Shown here piece by piece: positions 28,801-43,700 of a stretch of DNA of 64,000 bases. The position numbers were made by a program, and so were the translations under genes. The notes under the pieces are model-generated. The model saw only the letters and a list, made by a program, of their open reading frames with translations, had not been told where the DNA came from and did no database searches. Location of the stretch: NCBI RefSeq assembly GCF_009914755.1, contig NC_060933.1; one strand, 5' to 3'. Numbering within the stretch: the first letter of the stretch is position 1; the number at the start of each line of letters is the position of its first letter. Source of the DNA: the human T2T-CHM13v2.0 reference genome, Homo sapiens.

Positions 28801-31800
28801 CCATTCCATTCTATTCCGTACGATTCCATTCCATTCCATACCATTCCATTCCATTCCATTCCATTCCGTTCCATTCCATTCCATTCCATTCCATTCCATT
28901 CTATTCGGATTAAATCCATTCCATTCCATTCAATTCTATTCCATTCCATTGCAATCGAGTTGAATCCATTGCATTTCATTCCATTCCATTCCATTCCATT
29001 CCATTCCGGAAGATTCCATTCCATTGCATTCCATTCCATTCCATTCCCCTGCACTCGCGTTGATTCTATTCCATTCCATTCCATTCCATTCCATTCCGTT
29101 CCGTTCCATTCCATTCCATTCCATTCCATTCCGTTCCGTTCCATTCCATTCCATTCCATTCCTTTCCGTTCCGTTCCATTCCATTCCATTCCATTCTATT
29201 CGGGTTAATTCCATTCCATTCCATTCGATTGCAATCGAGTTGATTCCATTCCATTCCATTCCATTCCATTCCATTCCATTCCTTTCCATTCCATTACGGA
29301 TGATTCCATTCCATTGCATTCCATTCCATTCCATTCCCCTGTACTCGGGTTGATTCCATTCCATTCCATTCCAATGCATGCCATTCCACTCGTGTTGATT
29401 CCATTCTTTGCATTCCATTCAAGTTGAATCCATTCCATTGCATTCCATTCCATTCGATTCCGTTCGATTGCACTCTTTTTGATTCCATTCCATTGCATTC
29501 CATTCCATTCCATTCCATTCCATTCCATTCCATTCCATTCTATTCCATTCCATTGCAATCGAGTTGAATCCATTGCATTCCATTCCATTCCATTCCATTC
29601 CATTCCGGAAGATTCCATTTCATTGCATTCCATTCCATTCCATTCCATTCCATTCCATTCCATTCCATTGTACTCGGGTAGATTCCATTCCATTGCATTC
29701 CATTCCATTCCATTCCATTCCATTCCATTCCATTCCGTTCCATTCCATTCCATTCCATTCGGATTGATTCTTTTCAACTCCCTTACTCTCCATTACATTC
29801 CATTCCATTCGGGTTGTTCCATTCCATTCCTTTCCATTCCATTCCATTCCATTGCACTCGGGTTGATTCCATTCCATTCCATTCCATTCCATTCCATTCC
29901 GGATGATTCCATTCCATTGCATTCCGTTCCATTCCATTCCTCTGCACTCGCGTTGATTCCATTCCATTCCATTCCGTTCCATTCCATTCCATTCCATTCC
30001 TTTCCGTTCCATTCCATTCCATTCCATTCCATTCCGTTCCGTTCCATTCCATTCCATTCCATTCTATTCGGGTTAATTCCATTCCATTCCATTCGATTGC
30101 AATCGAGTTGATTCCATTCCATTCCATTCCATTCCATTCCATTCCTTTCCATTCCTTTCCATTCCATTACTGATGATTCCATTCCATTGCATTCCATTCC
30201 ATTCCATTCCCCTGTACTCGGGTTGATTCCATTCCATTCCATTCCAATCCATGCCATTCCACTCGTGTTGATTCCATTCTTTCCTTTCCATTCAAGTTGA
30301 ATCCATTCCATTGCATTCCATTCCATTCGATTCCATTCGATTGCACTCGGGTTGATTCCATTCCATTCCATTCGATTCCATTCCATTCTCCTGCACTCGC
30401 GTTGATTCCATTCCATTCCATTCCATTCCGTTCCATTCCATTCCTTTCCATTCCAGTCTTTTCCATTCCATTCCACTCGGGTTGATTCCATTCTATTAGT
30501 TTCCATTCCATTCCATTCCCTTCCATTCCACTCTGGTTGATTCCATTCCTTTCCATTCCACTCGAATACATTCCCTCCTATTCCACTCGGAACGATTGCA
30601 TTCCATTCCATTCCATTCCATTCCATTCCATTCCATTCCATTCCATTCCATTCCATTTCGTTCCATTCCATTCTATTCCGTATCATTCCATTCCATTCCA
30701 TTCCATTCCATTCCATTGTACTCGTGTTGATTCAATTCCATTGCATTCCATTCCATTCCATTCCATTCCATTCCGTTGCATTCCATTCCATTACATTCGG
30801 ATTGATTCTATTCAACTCCCTTACTCTCCATTACATTCCACTCCATTCGGGTTGTTCCATTCCATTCCATTCCATTCCACTCCATTCCATTGCACTCGGG
30901 GTGATTCCATTCCATTCCATTCCATTCCATTCCATTCCGGATGATTCCATTCCATTGCATTCCGTTCCATTACATTCCCCTGCACTCGCGTTGATTCCAT
31001 TCCATTCCATTCCATTCCATTCAATTCCATTCCATTACAATTCGTTCCATTCCATTCTATTCCGTACCATTCCATTCCATTCCATACCATTCCATTCCAT
31101 TCCATTCCATTCCATTCCGTTCCATTCCGTTCCATTCCATTCCATTCCATTCTATTCGGATTAAATCCATTCCATTCCATTCCATTCAATTCTATTCCAT
31201 TCCATTGCAATCGAGTGGAATCCATTGCATTTCATTCCATTCCATTCCATTCCATTCCATTCCATTCCGGAAGATTCCATTCCATTGCATTCCATTCCAT
31301 TCCATTCCCCTGCACTCGCGTTGATTCTATTCCATTCCATTCCATTCCATTCCATTCCGTTCCGTTCCATTCCATTCCATTCCATTCCATTCCGTTCCGT
31401 TCCATTCCATTCCATTCCATTCCATTCCGTTCCGTTCCATTCCATTCCATTCCATTCTATTCGGGTTAATTCCATTCCATTCCATTCGATTGCAATCGAG
31501 TTGATTCCATTCCATTCCATTCCATTCCATTCCATTCCATTCCATTCCGTTCCATTCCATTCCATTACATTCGGATTGAATCTATTCAACTCCCTTACTC
31601 TCCATTACATTCCATTCCATTCGGGTTGTTCCATTCCATTCCATTCCATTCCACTCCATTCCATAGCACTCGGGTTTATTCCATTCCATTCCATTCCATT
31701 CCATTCCATTCCATTCCATTCCATTCCGGAAGATTCCATTCCATTGCATTCCATTCCATTCCATTCCCCTGCACTCGCGTTGATTCCATTCCATTCCATT

Positions 31801-34800
31801 CCATTCCATTCCATTCCATTCCTTTCCGTTCCATTCCATTCCATTCCATTCCATTCCATTCCATTCCATTCCATTCCGTTCCTTTCCGTTCCGTTCCGTT
31901 CCGTTCCATTCTATTCCATTCCATTCTATTCGGGTTAATTACATTCCATTCCATTCGATTGCAATCGAGTTGATTCCATTCTATTCCATTCCATTCCATT
32001 CCATTCCATTCCATTCCTTTCCATTCCATTACGGATGATTCCATTCCATTGCATTCCATTCCATTCCATTCCCCTGTACTCGGGTTGATTCCATTCCATT
32101 CCATTCCAATCCATGCCATTCCACTCGTGTTGATTCCATTCTTTCCATTCCATTCAAGTTGAATCCATTCCATTGCATTCCATTCCATTCCATTCCCCTG
32201 CAGTCGGGTTGATTCCATTCCATTCCATTCCATTACATTCCATTCCATTCCGTTCCATTCCGTTCCGTTCCGTTCCGTTCCATTCCATTCCATTCTATTC
32301 GGGTTAATTCCATTCCATTCCATTCCATTCCATTCCAATCGAGTTGATTCCATTCCATTCCATTCCATTCCACTCCATTCCAGTCCTTTCCATTCCATTC
32401 CACTCGGGTTGATTCCAATGTATTCCTTTCCTTTCCATTCCATTCCATTGCAATCGAGTTGATTCCATTGCTTTGCATTCCATTACATTCCATTCCATTC
32501 CATTCCGGATGATTCCATTCCATTGCATTCCATTCCATTCCATTCCCCTGAACTCGGGTTGATTCCATTCCATTCCACTCCATTCCATTCCATTCCATTC
32601 CATTATATTGTATTCGGGTTAATTCCATTCCATTCCATTCCATTCCATTCCATTCCATTCCATTACAATCGAGTTGATTCCATTCCATTCCATTCCATTC
32701 CAGTCCTTTCCATTCCATTCCACTCGGGTTGATTCCATTCTATTAGTTTCCATTCCATTCCATTCCCTTCCATTCCACTCTGGTTGATTCCATTGCTTTC
32801 CATTCCACTCGAATACATTCCCTCCTATTCCACTCGGAACGATTCCATTCCATTCCATTCCATTCCATTCCATTCCATTCCATTCCATTTCGTTCCATTC
32901 CATTCTATTCCGTATCATTCCATTCCATTCCATTCCATTCCATTCCATTCCTTTGTACTCGGGTTGATACCATTCCATTGCATTGCATTCCATTCCATTC
33001 CATTCCATTCCGTTGCATTCCATTCCATTACATTCGGATTGATTCTATTCAACTCCCTTACTCTCCATTACATTCCATTCCATTCGGGTTGTTCCATTCC
33101 ATTCCATTCCATTCCACTCCATTCCATTGCACTCGGGTTGATTCCATTCCATTGCATTCCATTCCATTCCATTCCGGATGATTCCATTCCATTGCATTCC
33201 GTTCCATTACATTCCCCTGCACTCGCGTTGATTCCATTCCATTCCATTCCATTCCATTCAATTCCATTCCATTACAATTCGTTCCATTCCATTCTATTCC
33301 GTACCATTCCATTCCATTCCATACCATTCCATTCCATTCCATTCCATTCCATTCCGTTCCATTCCGTTCCATTCCATTCCATTCCATTCTATTCGGATTA
33401 ATTCAATTCCATTCCATTCCATTCCATTCTATTCCATTCCATTGCAATCGAGTTCAATCCATTGCATTTCATTCCATTCCATTCCATTCCATTCCATTCC
33501 GGAAGTTTGCATTCCATTGCATTCCATTCCATTCCATTCCATTCCGTTCCGTTCCATTCCATTCCATTCCATTCCGTTCCGTTCCATTCCATTCCATTCC
33601 ATTCTATTCGGGTTAATTCCATTCCATTCCATTCGATTGTAATCGAGTTGATTCCATTCCATTCCATTCCATTCCATTCCATTCCATTCCATTCCATTAC
33701 AATTCGTTCCATTCCATTCTATTCCGTACGATTCCATTCCATTCCATACCATTCCATTCCATTCCATTCCATTCCGTTCCATTCCGTTCCATTCCATTCC
33801 ATTCCATTCTATTCGGATTAAATCCATTCCATTCCATTCAATTCTATTCCATTCCATTGCAATCGAGTTGAATCCATTGCATTTCATTCCATTCCATTCC
33901 ATTCCATTCCATTCCGGAAGATTCCATTCCATTGCATTCCATTCCATTCCATTCCCCTGCACTCGCGTTGATTCTATTCCATTCCATTCCATTCCATTCC
34001 ATTCCGTTCCGTTCCATTCCATTCCATTCCATTCCATTTGGTTCCGTTCCATTCCATTCCATTCCATTCCTTTCCGTTCCGTTCCATTCCATTCCATTCC
34101 ATTCTATTCGGGTTAATTCCATTCCATTGAATTCGATTGCAATCGAGTTGATTCCATTCCATTCCATTCCATTCCATTCCATTCCTTTCCATTCCATTAC
34201 GGATGATTCCATTCCATTGCATTCCATTCCATTCCATTCCCCTGTACTCGGGTTGATTCCATTCCATTCCATTCCAATGCATGCCATTCCACTCGTGTTG
34301 ATTCCATTCTTTGCATTCCATTCAAGTTGAATCCATTCCATTGCATTCCATTCCATTCGATTCCGTTCGATTGCACTCTTTTTGATTCCATTCCATTGCA
34401 TTCCATTCCATTCCATTCCATTCCATTCCGTTCCATTCCATTCCATTACATTCGGATTGATTCTATTCAATTCCCTTACACTCCATTACATTCCATTCCA
34501 TTCGGGTAGTTTCCATTCCATTCCATTCCATTCCTCTCCATTCCATTGAACTCGGGTTGATTCCCTTCCATTGCATTCCATTCCATTCCATTCAATTCCA
34601 TTCCGTTCCATTCCATTCCATTACCTTCGGATTGATTCTATTCAACTCCCTTACTCTCCATTACATTCCATTCCATTCGGGTTGTTCCATTCCATTCCAT
34701 TCCATTCCACTCCATTCCATTGCACTCGGGTTTATTCCATTCCATTCCATTCCATTCCATTCCGGAATATTCCATTCCATTGCATTCCATTCCATTCCAT

Positions 34801-37800
34801 TTCCCTGCACTCGCGTTGATTCCATTCCATTCCATTCCATTCCATTCCATTCCATTCCTTTCCGTTCCATTCCATTCCATTCCATTCCATTCCAATCCAT
34901 TCCATTCCGTTCCGTTCTGTTCCATTCCATTCCATTCCATTCTATTCGGGTTAATTCCATTCCATTCCATTCGATTGCAATCGAGTTGATTCCATTCCAT
35001 TCCATTCCTTTCCATTCCATTACGGATGATTCCATTCCATTGCATTCCATTCCATTCCATTCCCCTGTACTCGGGTTGATTCCATTCCATTCCATTCCAA
35101 TCCATGCCATTCCACTCGTGTTGATTCCATTATTTCCATTCCATTCAAGTTGAATCCATTCCATTGTATTCCATTCCATTCCATTCCCCTGCAGTTGGGT
35201 TGTTTCCATTCCATTCCATTCCATTCCATTCCATTCCATTCCATTCCGTTCCGTTCCATTCCATTCCGTTCCATTCTATTCGGGTTAATTCCATTCCATT
35301 CCATTCCATTCCATTCCATTGTATTCGGGTTAATTCCATTCCATTCCATTCCATTCCATTCCACTCCATTCCATTCCACTCGGGTTGATTCCAATGTATT
35401 CCTTTCCATTCCATTCCATTCCATTGCAATCGAGTTGATTCCATTGCGTTGCATTCCATTCCATTCCATTCCATTCCGGATGATTCCATTCCATTGCATT
35501 CCATTCCATTCCATTCCCCTGCACTCGGGTTGATTCCATTCCATTCCACTCCATTCCGTTACATTCCATTCCATTGCATTGTATTCGGGTTAATTCCATT
35601 CCATTCCATTCCATTCCATTCCATTCCATTGCATTGTATTCGGGTAAATTCCATTCCATTCCATTCCATTCCATTCCATTCCATTCCATTAAAATCGAGT
35701 TGATTCCATTCCATTCCATTCCATTCCAGTCCTTTCCATTCCATTCCACTCGGGTTGATTCCATTCTATTAGTTTCCATTCCATTCCATTCCCTTCCATT
35801 CCACTCTGGTTGATTCCATTGCTTTCCATTCCACTCGAATACATTCCCTCCTATTCCACTCGGAACGATTCCATTCCATTCCATTCCATTCCATTCCATT
35901 CCATTCCATTCCATTTCGTTCCATTCCATTCTATTCCGTATCATTCCATTCCATTCCATTCCATTCCATTCCATTCCTTTGTACTCGGGTTGATTCCATT
36001 CCATTGCATTGCATTCCATTCCATTCCATTCCATTCCGTTGCATTCCATTCCATTACATTCGGATTGATTCTATTCAACTCCCTTACTCTCCATTACATT
36101 CCATTCCATTCGGGTTGTTCCATTCCATTCCATTCCATTCCACTCCATTCCATTGCACTCGGGTTGATTCCATTCCATTGCATTCCATTCCATTCCATTC
36201 CGGATGATTCCATTCCATTGCATTCCGTTCCATTACATTCCCCTGCACTCGCGTTGATTCCATTCCATTCCATTCCATTCCATTCAATTCCATTCCATTA
36301 CAATTCGTTCCATTCCATTCTATTCCGTACCATTCCATTCCATTCCATACCATTCCATTCCATTCCATTCCATTCCATTCCGTTCCATTCCGTTCCATTC
36401 CATTCCATTCCATTCTATTCGGATTAATTCCATTCCATTCCATTCCATTCCATTCTATTCCATTCCATTGCAATCGAGTTCAATCCATTGCATTTCATTC
36501 CATTCCATTCCATTCCATTCCATTCCGGAAGTTTGCATTCCATTGCATTCCATTCCATTCCATTCCATTCCGTTCCGTTCCATTCCATTCCATTCCATTC
36601 CGTTCCGTTCCATTCCATTCCATTCCATTCTATTCGGGTTAATTCCATTCCATTCCATTCGATTGTAATCGAGTTGATTCCATTCCATTCCATTCCATTC
36701 CATTCCATTCCATTCAATTCCATTCCATTACAATTCGTTCCATTCCATTCTATTCCGTACGATTCCATTCCATTCCATACCATTCCATTCCATTCCATTC
36801 CATTCCGTTCCATTCCATTCCATTCCATTCCATTCCATTCTATTCGGATTAAATCCATTCCATTCCATTCAATTCTATTCCATTCCATTGCAATCGAGTT
36901 GAATCCATTGCATTTCATTCCATTCCATTCCATTCCATTCCATTCCGGAAGATTCCATTCCATTGCATTCCATTCCATTCCATTCCCCTGCACTCGCGTT
37001 GATTCTATTCCATTCCATTCCATTCCATTCCATTCCGTTCCGTTCCATTCCATTCCATTCCATTCCATTCCGTTCCGTTCCATTCCATTCCATTCCATTC
37101 CTTTCCGTTCCGTTCCATTCCATTCCATTCCATTCTATTCGGGTTAATTCCATTCCATTCCATTCGATTGCAATCGAGTTGATTCCATTCCATTCCATTC
37201 CATTCCATTCCATTCCATTCCATTCCATTCCTTTCCATTCCATTACGGATGATTCCATTCCATTGCATTCCATTCCATTCCATTCCCCTGTACTCGGGTT
37301 GATTCCATTCCATTCCATTCCAATGCATGCCATTCCACTCGTGTTGATTCCATTCTTTGCATTCCATTCAAGTTGAATCCATTCCATTGCATTCCATTCC
37401 ATTCGATTCCGTTCGATTGCACTCTTTTTGATTCCATTCCATTGCATTCCATTCCATTCCATTCCATTCCATTCCATTCCATTCTATTCCATTCCATTGC
37501 AATCGAGTTGAATCCATTGCATTCCATTCCATTCCATTCCATTCCATTCCGGAAGATTCCATTTCATTGCATTCCATTCCATTCCATTCCATTCCATTCC
37601 ATTCCATTCCATTGTACTCGGGTAGATTCCATTCCATTGCATTCCATTCCATTCCATTCCATTCCATTCCATTCCATTCCGTTCCATTCCATTCCATTCC
37701 ATTCGGATTGATTCTTTCCAACTCCCTTACTCTCCATTACATTCCATTCCATTCGGGTTGTTCCATTCCATTCCTTTCCATTCCATTCCATTCCATTGCA

Positions 37801-39950
37801 CTCGGGTTGATTCCATTCCATTCCATTCCATTCCATTCCATTCCGGATGATTCCATTCCATTGCATTCCGTTCCATTCCATTCCTCTGCACTCGCGTTGA
37901 TTCCATTCCATTCCATTCCGTTCCATTCCATTCCATTCCATTCCTTTCCGTTCCATTCCATTCCATTCCATTCCATTCCGTTCCGTTCCATTCCATTCCA
38001 TTCCATTCTATTCGGGTTAATTCCATTCCATTCCATTCGATTGCAATCGAGTTGATTCCATTCCATTCCATTCCATTCCATTCCATTCCTTTCCATTCCT
38101 TTCCATTCCATTACTGATGATTCCATTCCATTGCATTCCATTCCATTCCATTCCCCTGTACTCGGGTTGATTCCATTCCATTCCATTCCAATCCATGCCA
38201 TTCCACTCGTGTTGATTCCATTCTTTCCTTTCCATTCAAGTTGAATCCATTCCATTGCATTCCATTCCATTCGATTCCATTCGATTGCACTCGGGTTGAT
38301 TCCATTCCATTCCACTCGATTCCATTCCATTCTCCTGCACTCGCGTTGATTCCATTCCATTCCATTCCATTCCGTTCCATTCCATTCCTTTCCATTCCAG
38401 TCTTTTCCATTCCATTCCACTCGGGTTGATTCCATTCTATTAGTTTCCATTCCATTCCATTCCCTTCCATTCCACTCTGGTTGATTCCATTCCTTTCCAT
38501 TCCACTCGAATACATTCCCTCCTATTCCACTCGGAACGATTGCATTCCATTCCATTCCATTCCATTCCATTCCATTCCATTCCATTCCATTCCATTTCGT
38601 TCCATTCCATTCTATACCGTATCATTCCATTCCATTCCATTCCATTCCATTCCATTGTACTCGTGTTGATTCAATTCCATTGCATTCCATTCCATTCCAT
38701 TCCATTCCATTCCGTTGCATTCCATTCCATTACATTCGGATTGATTCTATTCAACTCCCTTACTCTCCATTACATTCCACTCCATTCGGGTTGTTCCATT
38801 CCATTCCATTCCATTCCACTCCATTCCATTGCACTCGGGGTGATTCCATTCCATTCCATTCCATTCCATTCCATTCCGGATGATTCCATTCCATTGCATT
38901 CCGTTCCATTACATTCCCCTGCACTCGCGTTGATTCCATTCCATTCCATTCCATTCCATTCAATTCCATTCCATTACAATTCGTTCCATTCCATTCTATT
39001 CCGTACCATTCCATTCCATTCCATACCATTCCATTCCATTCCATTCCATTCCATTCCGTTCCATTCCGTTCCATTCCATTCCATTCCATTCTATTCGGAT
39101 TAAATCCATTCCATTCCATTCCATTCAATTCTATTCCATTCCATTGCAATCGAGTTGAATCCATTGCATTTCATTCCATTCCATTCCATTCCATTCCATT
39201 CCATTCCGGAAGATTCCATTCCATTGCATTCCATTCCATTCCATTCCCCTGCACTCGCGTTGATTCTATTCCATTCCATTCCATTCCATTCCATTCCGTT
39301 CCGTTCCATTCCATTCCATTCCATTCCATTCCGTTCCGTTCCATTCCATTCCATTCCATTCCATTCCGTTCCGTTCCATTCCATTCCATTCCATTCTATT
39401 CGGGTTAATTCCATTCCATTCCATTCGATTGCAATCGAGTTGATTCCATTCCATTCCATTCCATTCCATTCCATTCCATTCCATTCCGTTCCATTCCATT
39501 CCATTACATTCGGATTGAATCTATTCAACTCCCTTACTCTCCATTACATTCCATTCCATTCGGGTTGTTCCATTCCATTCCATTCCATTCCACTCCATTC
39601 AATAGCACTCGGGTTTATTCCATTCCATTCCATTCCATTCCATTCCATTCCATTCCATTCCGGAAGATTCCATTCCATTGCATTCCATTCCATTCCATTC
39701 CCCTGCACTCGCGTTGATTCCATTCCATTCCATTCCATTCCATTCCATTCCATTCCTTTCCGTTCCATTCCATTCCATTCCATTCCATTCCATTCCATTC
39801 CATTCCGTTCCTTTCCGTTCCGTTCCGTTCCGTTCCATTCTATTCCATTCCATTCTATTCGGGTTAATTACATTCCATTCCATTCGATTGCAATCGAGTT
39901 GATTCCATTCTATTCCATTCCATTCCATTCCATTCCATTCCATTCCATTC
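19850..39950 (+). repeat. ~4.9 kb higher-order repeat domain (about 4 copies plus one shortened ~3.0 kb variant unit)
   Basis: Private markers recur periodically. The 'MIPLLSIPLEY' pseudo-ORF starts at 22978, 27871, 32784, 35810 (spacings 4893, 4913, 3026). The '...STRNDCIP' version starts at 20731, 25659, 30537, 38481 (4928, 4878, 7944 = 4918+3026). CACTCTTTTTGATT lies at 24583, 29471, 34374, 37420 (4888, 4903, 3046). Boundaries approximate. Confidence 0.9.
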
Positions 39951-40719
39951 CATTCCATTGCAATCGAGTTGAATCCATTGCATTTCATTTCATTCCATTC
40001 CATTCCATTCCATTCCGGAAGATTCCATTCCATTGCATTCCATTCCATTCCATTCCCCTGCACTCGCGTTGATTCCATTCCATTCCATTCCATTCCATTC
40101 CATTCAATTCCATTCCATTACAATTCGTTCCATTCCATTCTATTCCATACCATTCCATTCCATTCCATACCATTCCATTCCATTCCATTCCATTCCATTC
40201 CATTCCGTTCCATTCCGTTCCATTCCATTCCATTCCATTCTATTCCATTCCGTTGCATTCCGTTCCATTCCATTCCATTCCATTCTATTCGGATTAATTC
40301 CATTCCATTCCATTCCATGCCACTCCTTTCCGTTCCATTCCATTCCATTCCATTCCATTCCAATCCATTCCATTCCGTTCCGTTCCGTTCCATTCCATTC
40401 CATTCCATTCTATTCGGGTTAATTCCATTCCATTCCATTCGATTGCAATCGAGTTGATTCCATTCCATTCCATTCCATTCCATTCCTTTCCATTCCATTA
40501 CGGATGATTCCATTCCATTGCATTCCATTCCATTCCATTCCCCTGTACTCGGGTTGATTCCATTCCATTCCATTCCAATCCATGCCATTCCACTCGTGTT
40601 GATTCCATTCTTTCCATTCCATTCAAGTTGAATCCATTCCATTGTATTCCATTCCATTCCATTCCCCTGCAGTCGGGTTGTTTCCATTCCATTCCATTCC
40701 ATTCCATTCCATTCCATTC

Positions 40720-43700
40720 CATTGTACTCGGGTTGATTCAATTCCATTGCATTCAATTCCATTCCATTCCATTCCATTCCGTTCCATTCCGTTCCATTCC
40801 ATTCCATTCCATTGTATTCGAATTCATTCCATTCCATTCCATTCCATTCCATTCTATTCCATTCCATTGCAATCGAGTTGAATCCATTGCATTTCATTCC
40901 ATTCCATTCCATTCCATTCCATTCCGGAAGATTCCATTCCATTGCATTCCATTCCATTCCATTCCATTCCGGAAGATTCCATTCCATTGCATTCCATTCC
41001 ATTCCATTCCCCTGCACTCGCGTTGATTCCATTCCATTCCATTCCATTCCATTCCATTCCATTCCGTTCCGTTCCATTCCATTCCATTCCATTCCATTCC
41101 ATTCCATTCCGTTCCGTTCCATTCCATTCCATTCCATTCTATTCGGGTTAATTCCATTCCATTCCATTCGATTGCAATCGAGTTGATTCCATTCCATTCC
41201 ATTCCATTCCATTCCATTCCTTTCCATTCCATTACGGATGATTCCATTCCGTTGCATTGCATTCCATTCCATTCCCCTGTACTCGGGTTGATTCCATTCC
41301 ATTCCATTCCAAGCCATGCCATTCCACTCGTGTTGATTCCATTCTTTCCATTCCATTCAAGTTGAATCCATTCCATTGCATTCCATTCCATTCGATTCCA
41401 TTCGGTTGCACTCGGGTTGATTCCATTCCATTGCATTCCATTCCATTCCATTCCATTCCATTCCATTCCATTCCGTTCCATTCCATTCCATTACATTCGG
41501 ATTGATTCTATTCAATTCCCTTACACTCCATTACATTCCATTCCATTCGGGTAGTTTCCACTCCATTCCATTCCATTCCTCTCCATTCCATTGCACTCGG
41601 GTTGATTCCATTCCATTGCATTCCATTCCATTCCATTCAATTCCATTCCCTTCCTTTCCATTCCATTACATTCGGATTGATTCTATTCAACTCCCTTACT
41701 CTCCATTACATTCCATTCCATTCGGGTTGTTCCATTCCATTCCATTCCATTCCACTCCATTCCATTGCACTCGGGTTGATTCCATTCCATTCCATTCCAT
41801 TCCATTCCATTCCATTCCATTCCAATCGAGTTGATTCCATTCCATTCCATTCCATTCCAGTCCTTTCCATTCCATTCCACTCGGGTTGATTCCATTCTAT
41901 TAGTTTCCATTCCATTCCATTCCCTTCCATTCCACTCTGGTTGATTCCATTCCTTTCCATTCCACTCGAATACATTCCCTCCTATTCCACTCGGAACGAT
42001 TCCATTCCATTCCATTCCATTCCATTCCATTCCATTCCATTCCATTCCATTCCATTTCGTTCCATTCCATTCTATTCCGTTTCATTCCATTCCATTCCAT
42101 TCCATTCCATTCCATTCTATTCCATTCCATTGTACTCGGGTTGATTCCATTCCACTGCATTCCATTCCATTCCAGTCCATTCCATTCCATTCCATTCCAT
42201 TCCATTCCGTTCCATTCCAATCCATTCCATTCCATTGTACTCGGGTTGATTCCATTCCATTGCGTTCCATTCCATTCCATTCAATTCCATTCTGTTCCAT
42301 TCCATTACATTACATTCGGATTGATTCTTTTCAACTCCCTTACTCTCCATTACATTCCATTCCATTCGGATTGTTCCATTCCATTCCATTCCATTCCACT
42401 CCTTTCAATTGCACTCGGGTTGATTCCATTCCATTCCATTCCATTCCTTTCCGGATGATTCCATTCCATTGCATTCCGTTCCATTACATTCCCCTGCACT
42501 CGGGTTGATTCCATTCCATTCCATTCCATTCCATTCGATTCCATTCGATTCCATTCCATTCCCCTGCACTCGCGTTGATTCCATTCCATTCCATTCCATT
42601 CCATTCCATTCCTTTCCATTCCAGTCCTTTCCATTCCATTCCACTCGGGTTGATTCCATTCTATTAGTTTCCATTCCATTCCATTCCCTTCCATTCCACT
42701 CTGGTTGATTCCATTCCTTTCCATTCCACTCGAATACATTCCCTCCTATTCCACTCAGAACGATTCCATTCCATTCCATTCCATTCCATTCCATTCCATT
42801 CCATTCCATTCCATTTCATTCCATTCCATTCTATTCCGTATCATTCCATTCCATTCCATTCCATTCCATTCCATTCCACTCGTGTTGATTTCATTCCTTT
42901 CCATTCCATTCGGTTTGAAGGCATTCCATTCCATTCCACTCCATTCCATTCCATTCCATTCCATTCCATTGTACTCGGGTTGATTCCATTCCATTGCATT
43001 CCATTCCATTCCATTCCATTCCATTCCATTCCGTTGCATTCCATTCCATTACATTCGGATAGATTCTATTCAACTCCCTTACTCTCCATTACATTCCATT
43101 CCATTCGGGTTGTTCCATTCCATTCCATTCCATTCCACTCCATTCAATTGCACTCGGGTTGATTCCATTCCATTCCATTCCATTGCATTCCATTCCATTC
43201 CATTCCGGATGATTCCATTCCATTGCATTCCTTTCCATTCCATTCCCCTGCACTCGGGTTGATTCCATTCCATTCCATTCCATTACATTCCGTTCCATTC
43301 CATTCCATTCCATTCCATTTCGTTCCATTCCATTCTATTCCGTATCATTCCATTCCATTCCATTCCATTCCATTCCATTCCATTGTACTCGGGTTGATTC
43401 AATTCCATTGCATTCAATTCCATTCCATTCCATTCCATTCCGTTCCATTCCGTTCCATTCCATTCCATTCCATTGTATTCGAATTCATTCCATTCCATTC
43501 CATTCCATTCTATTCCATTCCATTGCAATCGAGTTGAATCCATTGCATTTCATTCCATTCCATTCCATTCCATTCCATTCCGGAAGATTCCATTCCATTG
43601 CATTCCATTCCATTCCATTCCCCTGCACTTGCGTTGATTCCATTCCATTCCATTCCATTCCATTCCATTCCATTCCATTCCGTTCCGTTCCATTCCATTC

